Below, in pieces: positions 9,926-20,199 of a DNA stretch of 64,000 bases. Every line of letters starts with the position of its first letter. Position 1 is the first letter of the stretch. This DNA is from Pseudoxanthomonas sp. (lineage in GTDB: Bacteria > Pseudomonadota > Gammaproteobacteria > Xanthomonadales > Xanthomonadaceae). A program made the position numbers and the translations under genes. The stretch lies in NCBI GenBank assembly GCA_039932615.1, contig JBDTPP010000001.1:4854-68853 (forward strand). The letters are read 5' to 3'. Below the pieces are notes generated by a model. It was not told the origin of the DNA, did no database searches, and was given only the letters and a program-made list of their open reading frames with translations.

Positions 9926-11041
9926 ATGACCCAGACCGACGCCCTCCCCCGCTTCGTCACCGATGACGCCGACCCTGCACGGGTGCGGCTGGCCGGGCAA
10001 TGGACGATCGCTACCGCGCTACAGGTCGCCGAGCGTTTGCGCGAAATGCCGGCCGGCGCCAAGGCCATCGATGCCACCGGCATCGCCCGGATCGATTCAG
10101 CCGGCGTGCTGCAGCTGCTGCGTTACGCCACGCGCAACGGCATTGCGCCGGAAGACCTGAACTTCCGCATTGAGCACCAGGCGCTGGTCTCCAGCATTGA
10201 AGACGTAGCCGACGATCGTCCCAGGAAAAAGCGCGACTACGGTTTCATCGCCGCATTGGCGCGCCTTGGCTACCACGTCCAGGACAACGGCAAGGAACTG
10301 TTGTCCCTGGTCAGCTTCACCGGTGAGAACCTGGTGAAAATGTTGCGCATCCTGCGCGAGCCCAGACGCTTGCGCGTGACTGCCACCGTGTTCCATATGG
10401 AACAGGTGGGCCTGGACGCGGTGCCGCTGGTGATCCTGCTGTCTTACCTGGTCGGCGCAGTCATCGCCTTCCTGGGTTCGACCATCCTGCGCGATTTCGG
10501 CGCGGAAATTTACGTGGTGGAACTGGTCAGCATCGCCTTCCTGCGCGAATTCGCGGTGCTGCTCACCGCCATAGTCCTGGCCGGGCGCACCGCCAGCGCC
10601 TTTACCGCGCAGATCGGCGCCATGCAGAGCCGCGAGGAGATCGACGCGATCCGCACCCTGGGCCTGGATCCGATCGACCTGTTGGTGATTCCGCGCCTGC
10701 TGGCTCTGCTGATCACCCTGCCGCTGCTGACCTTCATCGCGATGATGGCCGGCCTTGCCGGTGGTGTCACCGTCGGCGCGTTCGACCTGGACATCCCCCC
10801 GCAGATGTACCTGGCGCGGATGCACGAGACGATCGAGGTGCGCCATTTCTTCGTCGGCATGTCCAAGGCCCCGGTATTCGCGTTGATCATCGGCCTGATC
10901 GGTTGCCTGGAGGGATTGCAGGTGGAAGGCACCGCTCAATCGGTGGGCGAACGCACCACTTCCAGCGTGGTACAGGCCATCTCACTGGTGATCATCCTCG
11001 ACGCAATGGCTGCTTTGTGGTTCATGAAGATGGATTGGTAG
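9926..11041 (+). CDS. MCE-system ABC permease (STAS + MlaE fusion)
   Basis: N-terminal STAS (IDSAG); LREFAVLLTAIVLAGRTASAFTAQIGAM, SVGERTTSSVV. Confidence 0.92.
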   Translation: MTQTDALPRFVTDDADPARVRLAGQWTIATALQVAERLREMPAGAKAIDATGIARIDSAGVLQLLRYATRNGIAPEDLNFRIEHQALVSSIEDVADDRPRKKRDYGFIAALARLGYHVQDNGKELLSLVSFTGENLVKMLRILREPRRLRVTATVFHMEQVGLDAVPLVILLSYLVGAVIAFLGSTILRDFGAEIYVVELVSIAFLREFAVLLTAIVLAGRTASAFTAQIGAMQSREEIDAIRTLGLDPIDLLVIPRLLALLITLPLLTFIAMMAGLAGGVTVGAFDLDIPPQMYLARMHETIEVRHFFVGMSKAPVFALIIGLIGCLEGLQVEGTAQSVGERTTSSVVQAISLVIILDAMAALWFMKMDW

Positions 11042-11184
11042 GAGCGGGTGAATGGTGAATGGTGAAGTCGCCCGCTTCGCGGGCTGCAAATGGGAAAGCG
11101 GAAGCGAAAGCGCGCGTTCGCTTTTCATCAGCCATTCCCACGCGGCGCAGCCGCCGACTTCGCCATTGACTGCCTTCGACTGAC

Positions 11185-12018
11185 ATGCCCGATAACACCG
11201 CCATCGGCCCTATCATTTCCGTCCGCGGCCTCGTCAACCGCTTCGGCGAGCAGATCGTCCACGAAGGCCTGGACCTGGACGTGGTGCCTGGCGAGATCCT
11301 CGGCGTGGTCGGTGGCTCAGGCTCCGGCAAGTCGGTACTGATGCGTTCGATCCTGGGGCTGAGGATTCCGGATGCCGGCGAGATCGAGGTGCTGGGGACG
11401 GATGCGCGATCCACGCGCCTCGAGGATCGGCAGAACATCCAGCGCAATACGGGCGTGTTGTTCCAGGATGGGGCACTGTTTTCGTCGCTGACCGTGGGCG
11501 AGAACGTGCAGGTGCCGCTGAAGGAACACCATTCCGAACTGCCCGACAGCTGGCGCTACGAACTGGCGCTGCTGAAGGTGAAGCTGGCCGGCTTGCCGGC
11601 TGATGCATTGAACAAGCTGCCCTCGCAACTGTCGGGCGGCATGCGCAAGCGCGCCGGGCTGGCCCGCGCGCTGGCCCTGGATCCACCGCTGCTGTTTCTG
11701 GACGAACCCACCGCCGGACTGGATCCTATCGGCGCGGCCGCCTTCGATCGCCTGATCCGGACCCTGCAGCAGGCACTGGGCCTGACCGTGTTCCTCATCA
11801 CCCATGACCTGGACACGCTGTACGCTATCTGCGACCGCGTTGCGGTGCTGGCCGACCGCAAGGTGGTGATCGCCGCACCGATCGCCGAAGTTGAAAAGCT
11901 CGATCATCCGTGGGTCCAGGAATATTTCCACGGGCCTCGCGCTCGCGCCGCGCGCGATGGCCGCGATGCCTACCAGGAAAAAACCGTGCAAGAACGAACC
12001 AAGCAAGAGGCGTCCTGA
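11185..12018 (+). CDS. MCE-system ABC ATP-binding protein (MlaF-like)
   Basis: GGSGSGKS, LSGGMRKRAGLARAL, LFLDEPTAGLDP. Confidence 0.93.
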   Translation: MPDNTAIGPIISVRGLVNRFGEQIVHEGLDLDVVPGEILGVVGGSGSGKSVLMRSILGLRIPDAGEIEVLGTDARSTRLEDRQNIQRNTGVLFQDGALFSSLTVGENVQVPLKEHHSELPDSWRYELALLKVKLAGLPADALNKLPSQLSGGMRKRAGLARALALDPPLLFLDEPTAGLDPIGAAAFDRLIRTLQQALGLTVFLITHDLDTLYAICDRVAVLADRKVVIAAPIAEVEKLDHPWVQEYFHGPRARAARDGRDAYQEKTVQERTKQEAS

Positions 12019-12021
12019 GTC

Positions 12022-12948
12022 ATGGAAACCAAAGCCAATTACGTCCTCATAGGCGCCTTCACCCTGATCATTGCCGCGGCGTTGCTGCTGTTCGGCTTGT
12101 GGGCGGCCAAGTACTCGTCCGAACGCAGCTGGCAGGAATACCAGGTGGTGTTCCGCGAAGCCGTGACCGGCCTGTCGGTGGGTAGCCCTGTGCAATACAA
12201 CGGCATTGCCGTTGGCTCCATCACCAAACTGTCGCTGGCGCCCAACGATCCGCGCCAGGTAATCGCACGAATCCGCCTGGAGTCCAGCACGCCGGTCAAG
12301 ACCGATACCCGCGCCAAACTTGCCATCACCAGCCTGACCGGTCCCTCGATCATCCAGCTCAGCGGCGGCACGCCGCAAGCGCCGTCGCTGACTTCGGTCG
12401 ATACCCGCGACCCACCGCTGATCCAGACCACACCCTCGGCATTGCAGAATATCTCCGACACGGCCAATCGCATCGTCGAACGCCTGGACCAGGTGTTGAG
12501 CGACAAGAACGTGGCCAGCATCACCGCCACCCTCGAGCACCTGGAAACGGTCAGCGGCTCCATCGCCGACCGCGACCAGGGCGTGCAGGCGCTGCTGGTC
12601 AGCGCGCGCGATGCAGCCCGCAACCTGGACCGGACCCTGGACACCACCAACGGCACGATGCAGCGGCTGGATCAGAATCTGGTGAAGCAGTTGCCACCGC
12701 TGCTGGCGAAACTCGACAGCACCCTGGCCCGGCTGGATTCGGCCGCCGGCAACGCCGATTCGATCCTGGGCGAGAACCGCGCGGCCATCAACAGCTTCGC
12801 GAACGATGGATTGGGCCAGCTGGGCCCCACCCTGAGCGAACTGCGCAGCCTGATCCGGGACCTGCGCCGGGTCAGCGACCGTCTTGAAGGCAACCCCGCG
12901 CGCTACTTGCTGGGCCGCGATGCACCCAAGGAGTTCGAGCCAAAATGA
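12022..12948 (+). CDS. MCE/MlaD family protein
   Basis: METKANYVLIGAF, GLSVGSPVQYNGIAVG; helical C-terminus. Confidence 0.92.
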   Translation: METKANYVLIGAFTLIIAAALLLFGLWAAKYSSERSWQEYQVVFREAVTGLSVGSPVQYNGIAVGSITKLSLAPNDPRQVIARIRLESSTPVKTDTRAKLAITSLTGPSIIQLSGGTPQAPSLTSVDTRDPPLIQTTPSALQNISDTANRIVERLDQVLSDKNVASITATLEHLETVSGSIADRDQGVQALLVSARDAARNLDRTLDTTNGTMQRLDQNLVKQLPPLLAKLDSTLARLDSAAGNADSILGENRAAINSFANDGLGQLGPTLSELRSLIRDLRRVSDRLEGNPARYLLGRDAPKEFEPK

Positions 12949-13586
12949 AACCCCTCTCCACTGCCCACCTGCGCCCCCTTCCCGCCCTCGCGCTACTGCT
13001 GCTGGCCGGATGCTCGGTCCTGGGCAGCACCCAGCGCGATCCCGTGATCATCTATGCGCCACAGGCGCGGGTCGCACCGGATCCATCCTGGCCCGCGGTG
13101 ACCTGGCAGCTGTCCGTCGCCAAGCCCACCGCAGCGCGGGTGGTCGACAGTTCGCGTATCGCGGTACGCCCGGTACCCGGCCAGCTTGAGGTCTACAAGG
13201 GAGCAGCTTGGTCGCAGCCCTCCACCGACATGGTCGAATCCACCGTGGTCCGCGCGTTTGAGGACTCGGGCAAGATCCCTGCAGTCGCTCGCGCCGGCAG
13301 CGGCATCCGCGCCGACTACCGGCTGCTCATGGACCTGCGCCGGTTTGAATCCGATTACGCCGGTGCCGCAACTCCCACTGCCACCATCGAACTCACCGCC
13401 AAGCTGCTGCACACCAGCGACCAGCGCATCGCCGCGTCGCGCACCTTCCTGCAGACGCAGCCTTCCAGTGGAACCGGAGTGGCTGAGGTGACCAATGCCT
13501 TCGACCAGGCGCTGGGGAAACTGGGCGCTGAAGTCGTGGGCTGGGTGCTTGTCAGCGGTGAAGCGGACGCGAAGCACAAGCGCTGA
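12945..13586 (+). CDS. ABC transport auxiliary lipoprotein (PqiC-like)
   Basis: Lipobox LAGC, YKGAAWSQP, DLRRFESDY; last gene of the MCE operon. Confidence 0.85.
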   Translation: MKPLSTAHLRPLPALALLLLAGCSVLGSTQRDPVIIYAPQARVAPDPSWPAVTWQLSVAKPTAARVVDSSRIAVRPVPGQLEVYKGAAWSQPSTDMVESTVVRAFEDSGKIPAVARAGSGIRADYRLLMDLRRFESDYAGAATPTATIELTAKLLHTSDQRIAASRTFLQTQPSSGTGVAEVTNAFDQALGKLGAEVVGWVLVSGEADAKHKR

Positions 13587-13602
13587 GATGCGGCCGCCAG
13601 CC

Positions 13603-13684
13603 GCAGGAGCGACGTGAGTCGCGACTGAAATACCCACGGTGCCGATTGCCCGGTGACTTCAGTCGCCACTCACGCCGCTCCTAC
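13603..13684. repeat. GTAG-family REP doublet (second subfamily)
   Basis: GCAGGAGCGACGTGAGTCGCGAC ... GTCGCCACTCACGCCGCTCCTAC; matches the copy at 55776. Confidence 0.8.
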
Positions 13685-13710
13685 CGGGGTCTTTCGCATC
13701 GCTGGCGTTA

Positions 13711-14322
13711 TCAGGCGAGGATCCTGCGAAACGTGAGGTTGATCCTTTCCCCGACAGGTCGGGCCGTGCGCGGCAAGGCATGCTTGTAATTCCGCTGGGT
13801 GTCGCCACCCATCACCAGCAGGCTGCCATGCGGCAGCTGCAGCTCCAGCTTCCGCGATGACTCGTGGCGGTGTTTGAGCACAAAACGCCGCTTCGCCCCC
13901 AGGCTCAACGACGCGATGACCGGGCACGGACCCAATGCGGATTCGTTGTCGCTGTGCCACCCCATGTAGTCATGCCCATCGCGATAGCGATTGGCCAGGA
14001 CGCTGTTGAATGCGCCATCCAGATCGTTCGCGAGCCGCTGGCGGACGGGGAGCAGTGCCGCAGGCCAGGGATGCGGTTGGAAGCGCGTGCCGGAATAGCT
14101 GTAGGCCGCACCTTCGTCACCGATCCAGCAACTGAGCCGCGGTGAATCCAGCTCGCGTCCAAACAGGCGGATGCGGTGGGTTTCCCAGTGGATTTCCTCG
14201 CGCAACGAAGCCAGCAACGCGTCCGCAGCCCCTTCAGCCAGCCAGTCGGGTGCAAACCAGAGTTCCGCACCCGGCAATGCCTCATCGCTACCATTCACCG
14301 CAAGGGGACGCAATACGGTCAT
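13711..14322 (-). CDS. AlkB-family 2OG-Fe(II) dioxygenase (ALKBH2/3-like)
   Basis: PRLSCW, FNSVLANRYRDGHDYMGWHSDNE (HxD), HALP, RINLTFR. Confidence 0.9.
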   Translation of the reverse strand: MTVLRPLAVNGSDEALPGAELWFAPDWLAEGAADALLASLREEIHWETHRIRLFGRELDSPRLSCWIGDEGAAYSYSGTRFQPHPWPAALLPVRQRLANDLDGAFNSVLANRYRDGHDYMGWHSDNESALGPCPVIASLSLGAKRRFVLKHRHESSRKLELQLPHGSLLVMGGDTQRNYKHALPRTARPVGERINLTFRRILA

Positions 14323-14402
14323 GCAGCCATGCTCGCGGATTTGCCCCTTGCAGCGCAAACACTGAAAATGACCGTAGCCAAAAGCCAGACGTGGAGTTTC
14401 CG

Positions 14403-16070
14403 ATGACCGATGCCGAACAAGCCCACGTGGCGCCCGAAGCGGTGGAGCGTGACGTGATGGAGTACGACGTCGTCACCGTCGGGGCGGGACCTGCGGGGCT
14501 TTCGTTTGCCATCCGCCTGAAGCAACTCAACCCGGAACTGACGGTTTGCGTGATCGAGAAGTCCAGCACCATCGGCGCGCACATCCTGTCCGGCGCGGTG
14601 ATCGAGCCCGGGCCACTGGATGCCTTGCTGCCCGGCTGGCGCGAGGCGCCACCGCCGATCTGCGTGGCTGCCAAGGAAGACGAGTTCTGGCACTTCAGCA
14701 AGACCGGCGGACGCAAGTTCCCGATCGTGCCACCGGGGATGCACAACAAGGGCAACTTCATCGTCAGCCTCGGCGCGATGTGCGCATGGCTGGCGCCGCA
14801 GGCTGAAGCGCTGGGCGTGGAGATCTATCCCGGCTTCGCCGCGGCCGAAACCTTGCACGACAGCAATCCCGATGGAAGCCCCGGCAAGGTCATCGGCGTG
14901 CGCATCGGCGACATGGGGGTGGCCAGGGACGGTTCGCACAAGCCCGGCTACACCGCCGGCATCGACATCCATGCCAAGGTCACGGTGCTGGCCGAAGGCG
15001 CGCGCGGCCACCTGACCAAGCGCCTGGTCAGGCAGTTTGCATTGGACCAGGACAGCGATCCGCAGGCGTATTCGATCGGCATCAAGGAACTGTGGCAGGT
15101 GCCGGAAGGCCGCGTCAGCCCCGGCAAGATCGTGCACACACTGGGCTGGCCGGCCGACAACAGGATCTACGGCGGCAGCTTCCTCTACCACCTGGAAAAC
15201 AACCAGATCGCGCTCGGCTACGTCAGCGGACTGGATTACACGGATCCGGAATACAAGCCTTGGGAAGCCTTCCAGCAGTGGAAGAACCATCCGCTGATCG
15301 CGCCGCTGCTCGAAGGCGGCACCATCCTCTCGGCCGGTGCGCGCGCCATTGTCACCGGCGGCTGGCAATCGCTGCCCAAGGTGGAAATGCCTGGCGCGCT
15401 GCTGATCGGCGACACCGCCGGCCTGCTCAACGTGCCCAAGATCAAGGGTACCCACCAGGCGATCCGCAGCGGCATGCTGGCCGCGGAGCACCTAGCCCAA
15501 TCAATGGATCCGGCGGGTTTCGACGCGAAACTTCGCGCTTCGGATGCCATGAACGAACTGCGTGAGGTCCGCAACATCAAGCCCGGCTTCAAGAAGGGCT
15601 TGTGGTTCGGCATGCTCAATGCGGCCTGGGAAACCGTCACCGCCGGGCTGTCGCCGTGGACGCTTAAAGTGACACCGGACTGGTCGTCACTGGACAAGGT
15701 CGGCGCGCACGAAGCACCGAAACGCGACTACGTGCAGCGCAAACTGGCCCCACGCGACCGTTTGCAAGGCGTGTACTACGCGGCCACCGAACACGACGAA
15801 GACCAGCCCATTCACCTCAAGGTCGCCGACACCTCGATCTGCATCGGTCGATGCACCGAGGAATACGACAACCCCTGCACCCGCTTCTGCCCGGCCAACG
15901 TCTACGAAATTGTCAGCGACGTCATGCTCGACGGAAGCAGCAGCAAGCGCCTGCAGATCAACGCTGCCAACTGCGTCCACTGCAAGACCTGCGACATCAA
16001 GGATCCCTACGAGATCATCACCTGGGTGACGCCCGAGGGTGGTTCGGGGCCGAATTACCAGAATCTTTAG
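14403..16070 (+). CDS. Electron transfer flavoprotein-ubiquinone oxidoreductase
   Basis: DVVTVGAGPAG, GAHILSGA, C-terminal 4Fe-4S motifs FCPANVYE and NCVHCKTCDIKDP; start 14403 with a GGAG RBS. Confidence 0.96.
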   Translation: MTDAEQAHVAPEAVERDVMEYDVVTVGAGPAGLSFAIRLKQLNPELTVCVIEKSSTIGAHILSGAVIEPGPLDALLPGWREAPPPICVAAKEDEFWHFSKTGGRKFPIVPPGMHNKGNFIVSLGAMCAWLAPQAEALGVEIYPGFAAAETLHDSNPDGSPGKVIGVRIGDMGVARDGSHKPGYTAGIDIHAKVTVLAEGARGHLTKRLVRQFALDQDSDPQAYSIGIKELWQVPEGRVSPGKIVHTLGWPADNRIYGGSFLYHLENNQIALGYVSGLDYTDPEYKPWEAFQQWKNHPLIAPLLEGGTILSAGARAIVTGGWQSLPKVEMPGALLIGDTAGLLNVPKIKGTHQAIRSGMLAAEHLAQSMDPAGFDAKLRASDAMNELREVRNIKPGFKKGLWFGMLNAAWETVTAGLSPWTLKVTPDWSSLDKVGAHEAPKRDYVQRKLAPRDRLQGVYYAATEHDEDQPIHLKVADTSICIGRCTEEYDNPCTRFCPANVYEIVSDVMLDGSSSKRLQINAANCVHCKTCDIKDPYEIITWVTPEGGSGPNYQNL

Positions 16071-16184
16071 TGGGATGGGCCCCAGAGCAAGTCCGGTGCG
16101 CGTGAAGATGCGCGCATGCTCAGGGCATCGTGCAGAAACCTTTCAACAAGCTGTTCAAGACTCCGCGTCCGCTTGCCACTGACG

Positions 16185-16217
16185 ACAAAAAAAGTCGCTC
16201 TCAAGCGACTTTTTTGT
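16185..16217. terminator. Bidirectional intrinsic terminator
   Basis: ACAAAAAAAGTCGCT-CTCA-AGCGACTTTTTTGT between convergent genes. Confidence 0.85.
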
Positions 16218-16228
16218 TTCGCATTGGC

Positions 16229-18568
16229 TTAAGGCGCAGGGAATGTGGGGTCAAACGGCTGCCAACCGGAGCCGTATGACTTTACTGCACCGAATGAGCC
16301 GCTGACGCCCGTACCTGCACCATTGAGCCATATCTTCAGCTGATTGCCGTTTGCAAAAGCAAGATCGCCTTTGCCGTCGCCACTGTAATCGCCCGCAGCG
16401 ACAAGCTTGAAGCCAGTGCCCGCGTCAGCCAGATAACCACTGGACTGGAGCGCAGACCCATTCATCAGCCAATAAGAAATCGCAGAGGCTGAACGCCAGA
16501 TCAGGTCGCTTTTACCGTCGCCGTTCAAATCTATGGCCGCAACCGGCGCCCAACCGCCACCGTAGGAGATGTTTGCACCATAGGTGAACGCACCGGAGCC
16601 ATTGTTAATCCATACCTTGGCGACATTTCCGTTTGCAAAGGCAAGGTCCGCCACGGCGTCCCCATTGAAATCGCCGACTGCGACCAGCTTGAATCCAAGG
16701 CCCGCATTGCCGGTATAGCCAGTCGACTTGACTGCCGCGCCATTCATTAGCCAATGCGCTACCTCTGACCCTTTCCTCCACAACAAATCCGACTTGCCAT
16801 CGCCGTCCACGTCGGCAGCGGCAAATGGCTGCCAGGCAGCCCCATAGGAAATACCCGGTGCGCTGGTGTAACCGCCAATTTTGTTGTTCAGCCAGATTAT
16901 GAGTTGATTGCCGTTGGACCACGCAAGGTCAACGTAACCATCTCCATTGAAATCGCCGCTTGCAACCACTTGGAAAGTCCCGGTTGGAGCGCCAACATAA
17001 CCCGTACTTAGGGTGGCGGCACCGTTCATCAACCAATACGAAACCAGGTTGCCATTCTTCCAGAACAAATCCGACTTTTTGTCATTGTTCACGTCGTTGA
17101 TCGAGATCGCGAACGGCGTGACTGGCGCACGGAACGTACTCACCACCGGAATCGTCTGTTTCAGGCTTCGCGCATTGTCGGCCTGGTTGGCAACGCCGCA
17201 GGCCAGGCCACCACACGTGGCAATCAACGGATTGGAGAAAACGCGATAAAGCGTCTGGTTGTTTTCACCGTAGGCCATCACGGTGAAGAAGTTTCCCTGT
17301 GCAGCCGCGGTCTTGTAGCCGTAGGAATAGAGGTAACGGCCCGGATCCGGGGCGTTGCCCGAGTCATGTGCCGAACCCATGTTGTGAGCCAACTCATGCG
17401 CCAGAGTGATGTCTTCGCAGTAGAGGGTGCTTGTGCCATTGACATAGCTACCCTCGCTTACCACTGAGTACGCGAAAGGCGCATCTCCGGCAATCGTGAT
17501 GGGTTGCTGTTTCGCGCCAATCAGCCAAGCGATGCCGCAGCCGTTGTTTTCTGATTTGAAGTCACGTACCAGAGTCACAAGGTCCGCGCCCGTCGTCTCG
17601 CGGGCGGCCCGCAACGGCGCCAGGCCGGCAGGCACGGTAACCGCGCCAGTTCCGTTGTTTCCGGTCAGCTCGTTCAACGCGGTTCCGTTGTCGGTGTTGT
17701 CGGCATAAGTCACCTGGAGCGCGCCCACAAGACGGATCTGGCCGTTGATGCTGCTGTTGGCCAGTGCTGCATTAGCCGCTGCAACAAGGTTGGTGAGCTT
17801 TGTGACCGCTATCGAGGCGCCACCCAGCCGGGTCGCCAAGCCGTTGGAATAGCCAGCAACCAAGTCAACGGTGTTGGCTGCTGGAACTGCCTGGGGACTT
17901 GCAACAAGCGCTTGCGCCTGAATCTTTTGCGTCGCCGATGCAACCAACGATTCAGCTTCGTTCGCGCTAGACGCGCCATAAGCAGCCGGAATCTTGGTAT
18001 CTCCACCGACTCGGGTTCCCCTGAAAAGCCGGGTGGCGTCGGCTTGCACCAGGTAGGCGATGCCATGCTCGGTAGTCAATTGCAACGAAGTGCCATTTGC
18101 CTGCGGGATCGAACCGAACACCGCATGCTCGCCGAAGGTGATGATGGCCTCGCGACCTGGGTCACCGTCGACCACATGTCCAATCCAGGACCAGTTGCCG
18201 TCGGGACTTTCTTCATGGCGCTGATAACGGATCTTGATCTGGCTCCCGTCCGGCGCGGGAATTGTCATCATGCCGGTGGCTACGCCACGCAGGGCATGCT
18301 CCTCGCTCAAGGCAATCGGACGAAGGGTGTATGCGCCTTTGTGAACAACTGCGGCACCCGTCTTGTAGCCAAACAATTCCCCACGATCAGGCGCGCTGCC
18401 CAGGGTGCGCTTGCTGTCGTTTGAATATCCCGAGATGGATGAGCCAACCCCGGAGCGGATGGCCGATGCATGGCTGGCTTTCTGCGTGCTGCCTGTTTTC
18501 GTTTGATCCTGGCCGGAACAAGCGGCCAGCAAGAGTACCAAGGCAAGCGCGCCAAATCGGGTCTTCAT
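16229..18568 (-). CDS. Lipoprotein zinc metallopeptidase (reprolysin/M12B-like) with C-terminal FG-GAP/VCBS beta-propeller
   Basis: Lipobox LAAC; metzincin motif HELAHNMGSAHD and Met-turn TVMAY; six D-x-[ND]-x-D-x-x-x-D-L repeats. Confidence 0.88.
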   Translation of the reverse strand: MKTRFGALALVLLLAACSGQDQTKTGSTQKASHASAIRSGVGSSISGYSNDSKRTLGSAPDRGELFGYKTGAAVVHKGAYTLRPIALSEEHALRGVATGMMTIPAPDGSQIKIRYQRHEESPDGNWSWIGHVVDGDPGREAIITFGEHAVFGSIPQANGTSLQLTTEHGIAYLVQADATRLFRGTRVGGDTKIPAAYGASSANEAESLVASATQKIQAQALVASPQAVPAANTVDLVAGYSNGLATRLGGASIAVTKLTNLVAAANAALANSSINGQIRLVGALQVTYADNTDNGTALNELTGNNGTGAVTVPAGLAPLRAARETTGADLVTLVRDFKSENNGCGIAWLIGAKQQPITIAGDAPFAYSVVSEGSYVNGTSTLYCEDITLAHELAHNMGSAHDSGNAPDPGRYLYSYGYKTAAAQGNFFTVMAYGENNQTLYRVFSNPLIATCGGLACGVANQADNARSLKQTIPVVSTFRAPVTPFAISINDVNNDKKSDLFWKNGNLVSYWLMNGAATLSTGYVGAPTGTFQVVASGDFNGDGYVDLAWSNGNQLIIWLNNKIGGYTSAPGISYGAAWQPFAAADVDGDGKSDLLWRKGSEVAHWLMNGAAVKSTGYTGNAGLGFKLVAVGDFNGDAVADLAFANGNVAKVWINNGSGAFTYGANISYGGGWAPVAAIDLNGDGKSDLIWRSASAISYWLMNGSALQSSGYLADAGTGFKLVAAGDYSGDGKGDLAFANGNQLKIWLNGAGTGVSGSFGAVKSYGSGWQPFDPTFPAP

Positions 18569-18692
18569 ACGGTTTCCTGAACAAGGTTCACGGGGGTCAG
18601 TTACTTTAACTTAGCTTTGGCATGCAAAGGTCAGCCGAAATCACATCCGATTCCAGTACCTGAAATTGTCCCGAAGTCCGTTTTCCAAGCGT

Positions 18693-19328
18693 TCAGGTGG
18701 GAATAATGAACGGCACTCCAGTTTTTTCCTCCAACTCCTGGCGGCCCACTCCCTCCGCCAGCTCAACAAGCAGCAGGCCCTGCTCGGTCACATCGAAAAC
18801 CGCCAGGTCGGTAATGATCCGGTTGACCACCCCCACCCCGGTCAGCGGCAGGTCGCATTGCGGCAGGATCTTGTGGCTTCCGTCCTTTGCCACGTGCTCC
18901 ATCAGCACCACGATGCGCCGGACCCCAGCCACCAGGTCCATTGCCCCGCCCATGCCCTTGACCATCTTCCCCGGGACCATCCAGTTGGCCAGGTCGCCTT
19001 GGTCGGTCACCTGCATCGCACCCAGCACGGCCAGGTCGATATGGCCGCCCCTGATCATGGCGAAAGACTCATGGCTGCCGAAGTAGCTGGCCCCCTTGCG
19101 GGCCGTGACGGTCTGCTTGCCGGCGTTGATCAGGTCGGCGTCAATTTCGTCCTCGGTCGGAAACGGGCCGATACCCAGCAGACCGTTTTCAGACTGCAGC
19201 CACACATCCATACCCTCGGGTATGTAATTGGCCACCAGGGTAGGCAAGCCGATGCCCAGGTTCACGTAGGCGCCATCGGTCAGTTCACGGGCGGCTCGTT
19301 GGGCCATCTCGTCACGGGTCCAGGCCAT
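18693..19328 (-). CDS. scoB: 3-oxoacid CoA-transferase subunit B (LpsJ/ScoB)
   Basis: [30 protein letters not shown]. Confidence 0.95.
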   Translation of the reverse strand: MAWTRDEMAQRAARELTDGAYVNLGIGLPTLVANYIPEGMDVWLQSENGLLGIGPFPTEDEIDADLINAGKQTVTARKGASYFGSHESFAMIRGGHIDLAVLGAMQVTDQGDLANWMVPGKMVKGMGGAMDLVAGVRRIVVLMEHVAKDGSHKILPQCDLPLTGVGVVNRIITDLAVFDVTEQGLLLVELAEGVGRQELEEKTGVPFIIPT

Positions 19329-20098
19329 CAGCGTGCTCCTCCCTTGTCTGCAGCAGTTACGGTGCGATTCTCGATGCGCTTTTCGGGATGCGGGTTATGC
19401 ACCAGACGGTCGACATAGATGCCCGGGGTGTGGATCTGGTCGGGGTCGAGTTCGCCGACCTCGACGATGATCTCCGCTTCGGCGATGCAGACCTTGCCGG
19501 CGGTGGCCACGGCTGGATTGAAGTTGCGCGAGGTCTTGCGATAGATCAGGTTGCCGGCGGTATCGGCCTTCCACGCCTTGACCAGCGAGATATCGGCCTT
19601 CAACGCGGTTTCCATGACGTAGTGGTGGCCGTCGAATTCGCGCGTCTCCTTGCCCTCGGCGACGATGGTGCCGTAGCCGGTGCGGGTAAAGAACGCCGGA
19701 ATGCCCGCCCCGCCGGCGCGCAGGCGTTCGGCCAGGGTGCCTTGCGGATTGAATTCCAGTTCGAGTTCGCCGGACAGGTACTGGCGCTCGAATTCCTTGT
19801 TCTCGCCCACGTAGGACGAAATCATCTTGCGGATCTGGCGAGTAGTGAGCAGTTGGCCCAGACCGAAGCCGTCCACGCCAGCGTTGTTGGAAATGGCGGT
19901 CAGCCCGGTTACGCCGCTATCGCGCAAGGCCGCAATCAGGGCCTCGGGGATGCCGCAGAGGCCGAAACCACCTACAGCCACGACCTGGTCATTGGCGACG
20001 ACGCCCTGCAGCGCCGCAGCTGCGCTCGGGTGGAGCTTGCTCCTGGATCCGCTGCCTGTGGGCAGGGAGTCAACCGCATCAACCATGACCGTATCCAT
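19328..20098 (-). CDS. scoA: 3-oxoacid CoA-transferase subunit A (LpsI/ScoA)
   Basis: [39 protein letters not shown]; start may be 20086. Confidence 0.94.
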   Translation of the reverse strand: MDTVMVDAVDSLPTGSGSRSKLHPSAAAALQGVVANDQVVAVGGFGLCGIPEALIAALRDSGVTGLTAISNNAGVDGFGLGQLLTTRQIRKMISSYVGENKEFERQYLSGELELEFNPQGTLAERLRAGGAGIPAFFTRTGYGTIVAEGKETREFDGHHYVMETALKADISLVKAWKADTAGNLIYRKTSRNFNPAVATAGKVCIAEAEIIVEVGELDPDQIHTPGIYVDRLVHNPHPEKRIENRTVTAADKGGAR

Positions 20099-20199
20099 TT
20101 CTTGAGGTGTTTCCCATTTTAACCGGCCCCAGTCAACTCACACAGGTACTTTCGACCAATACCCGCATGCAGGCCCATCTGCTCCCTTAGACTGCGGCC

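Noticed and set aside
14857-14890. Short apparent insertions in ETF-QO and PGK, and the N-terminal extension of S9
   Set aside because: Probably ordinary loop variation; cannot be assessed without alignments.
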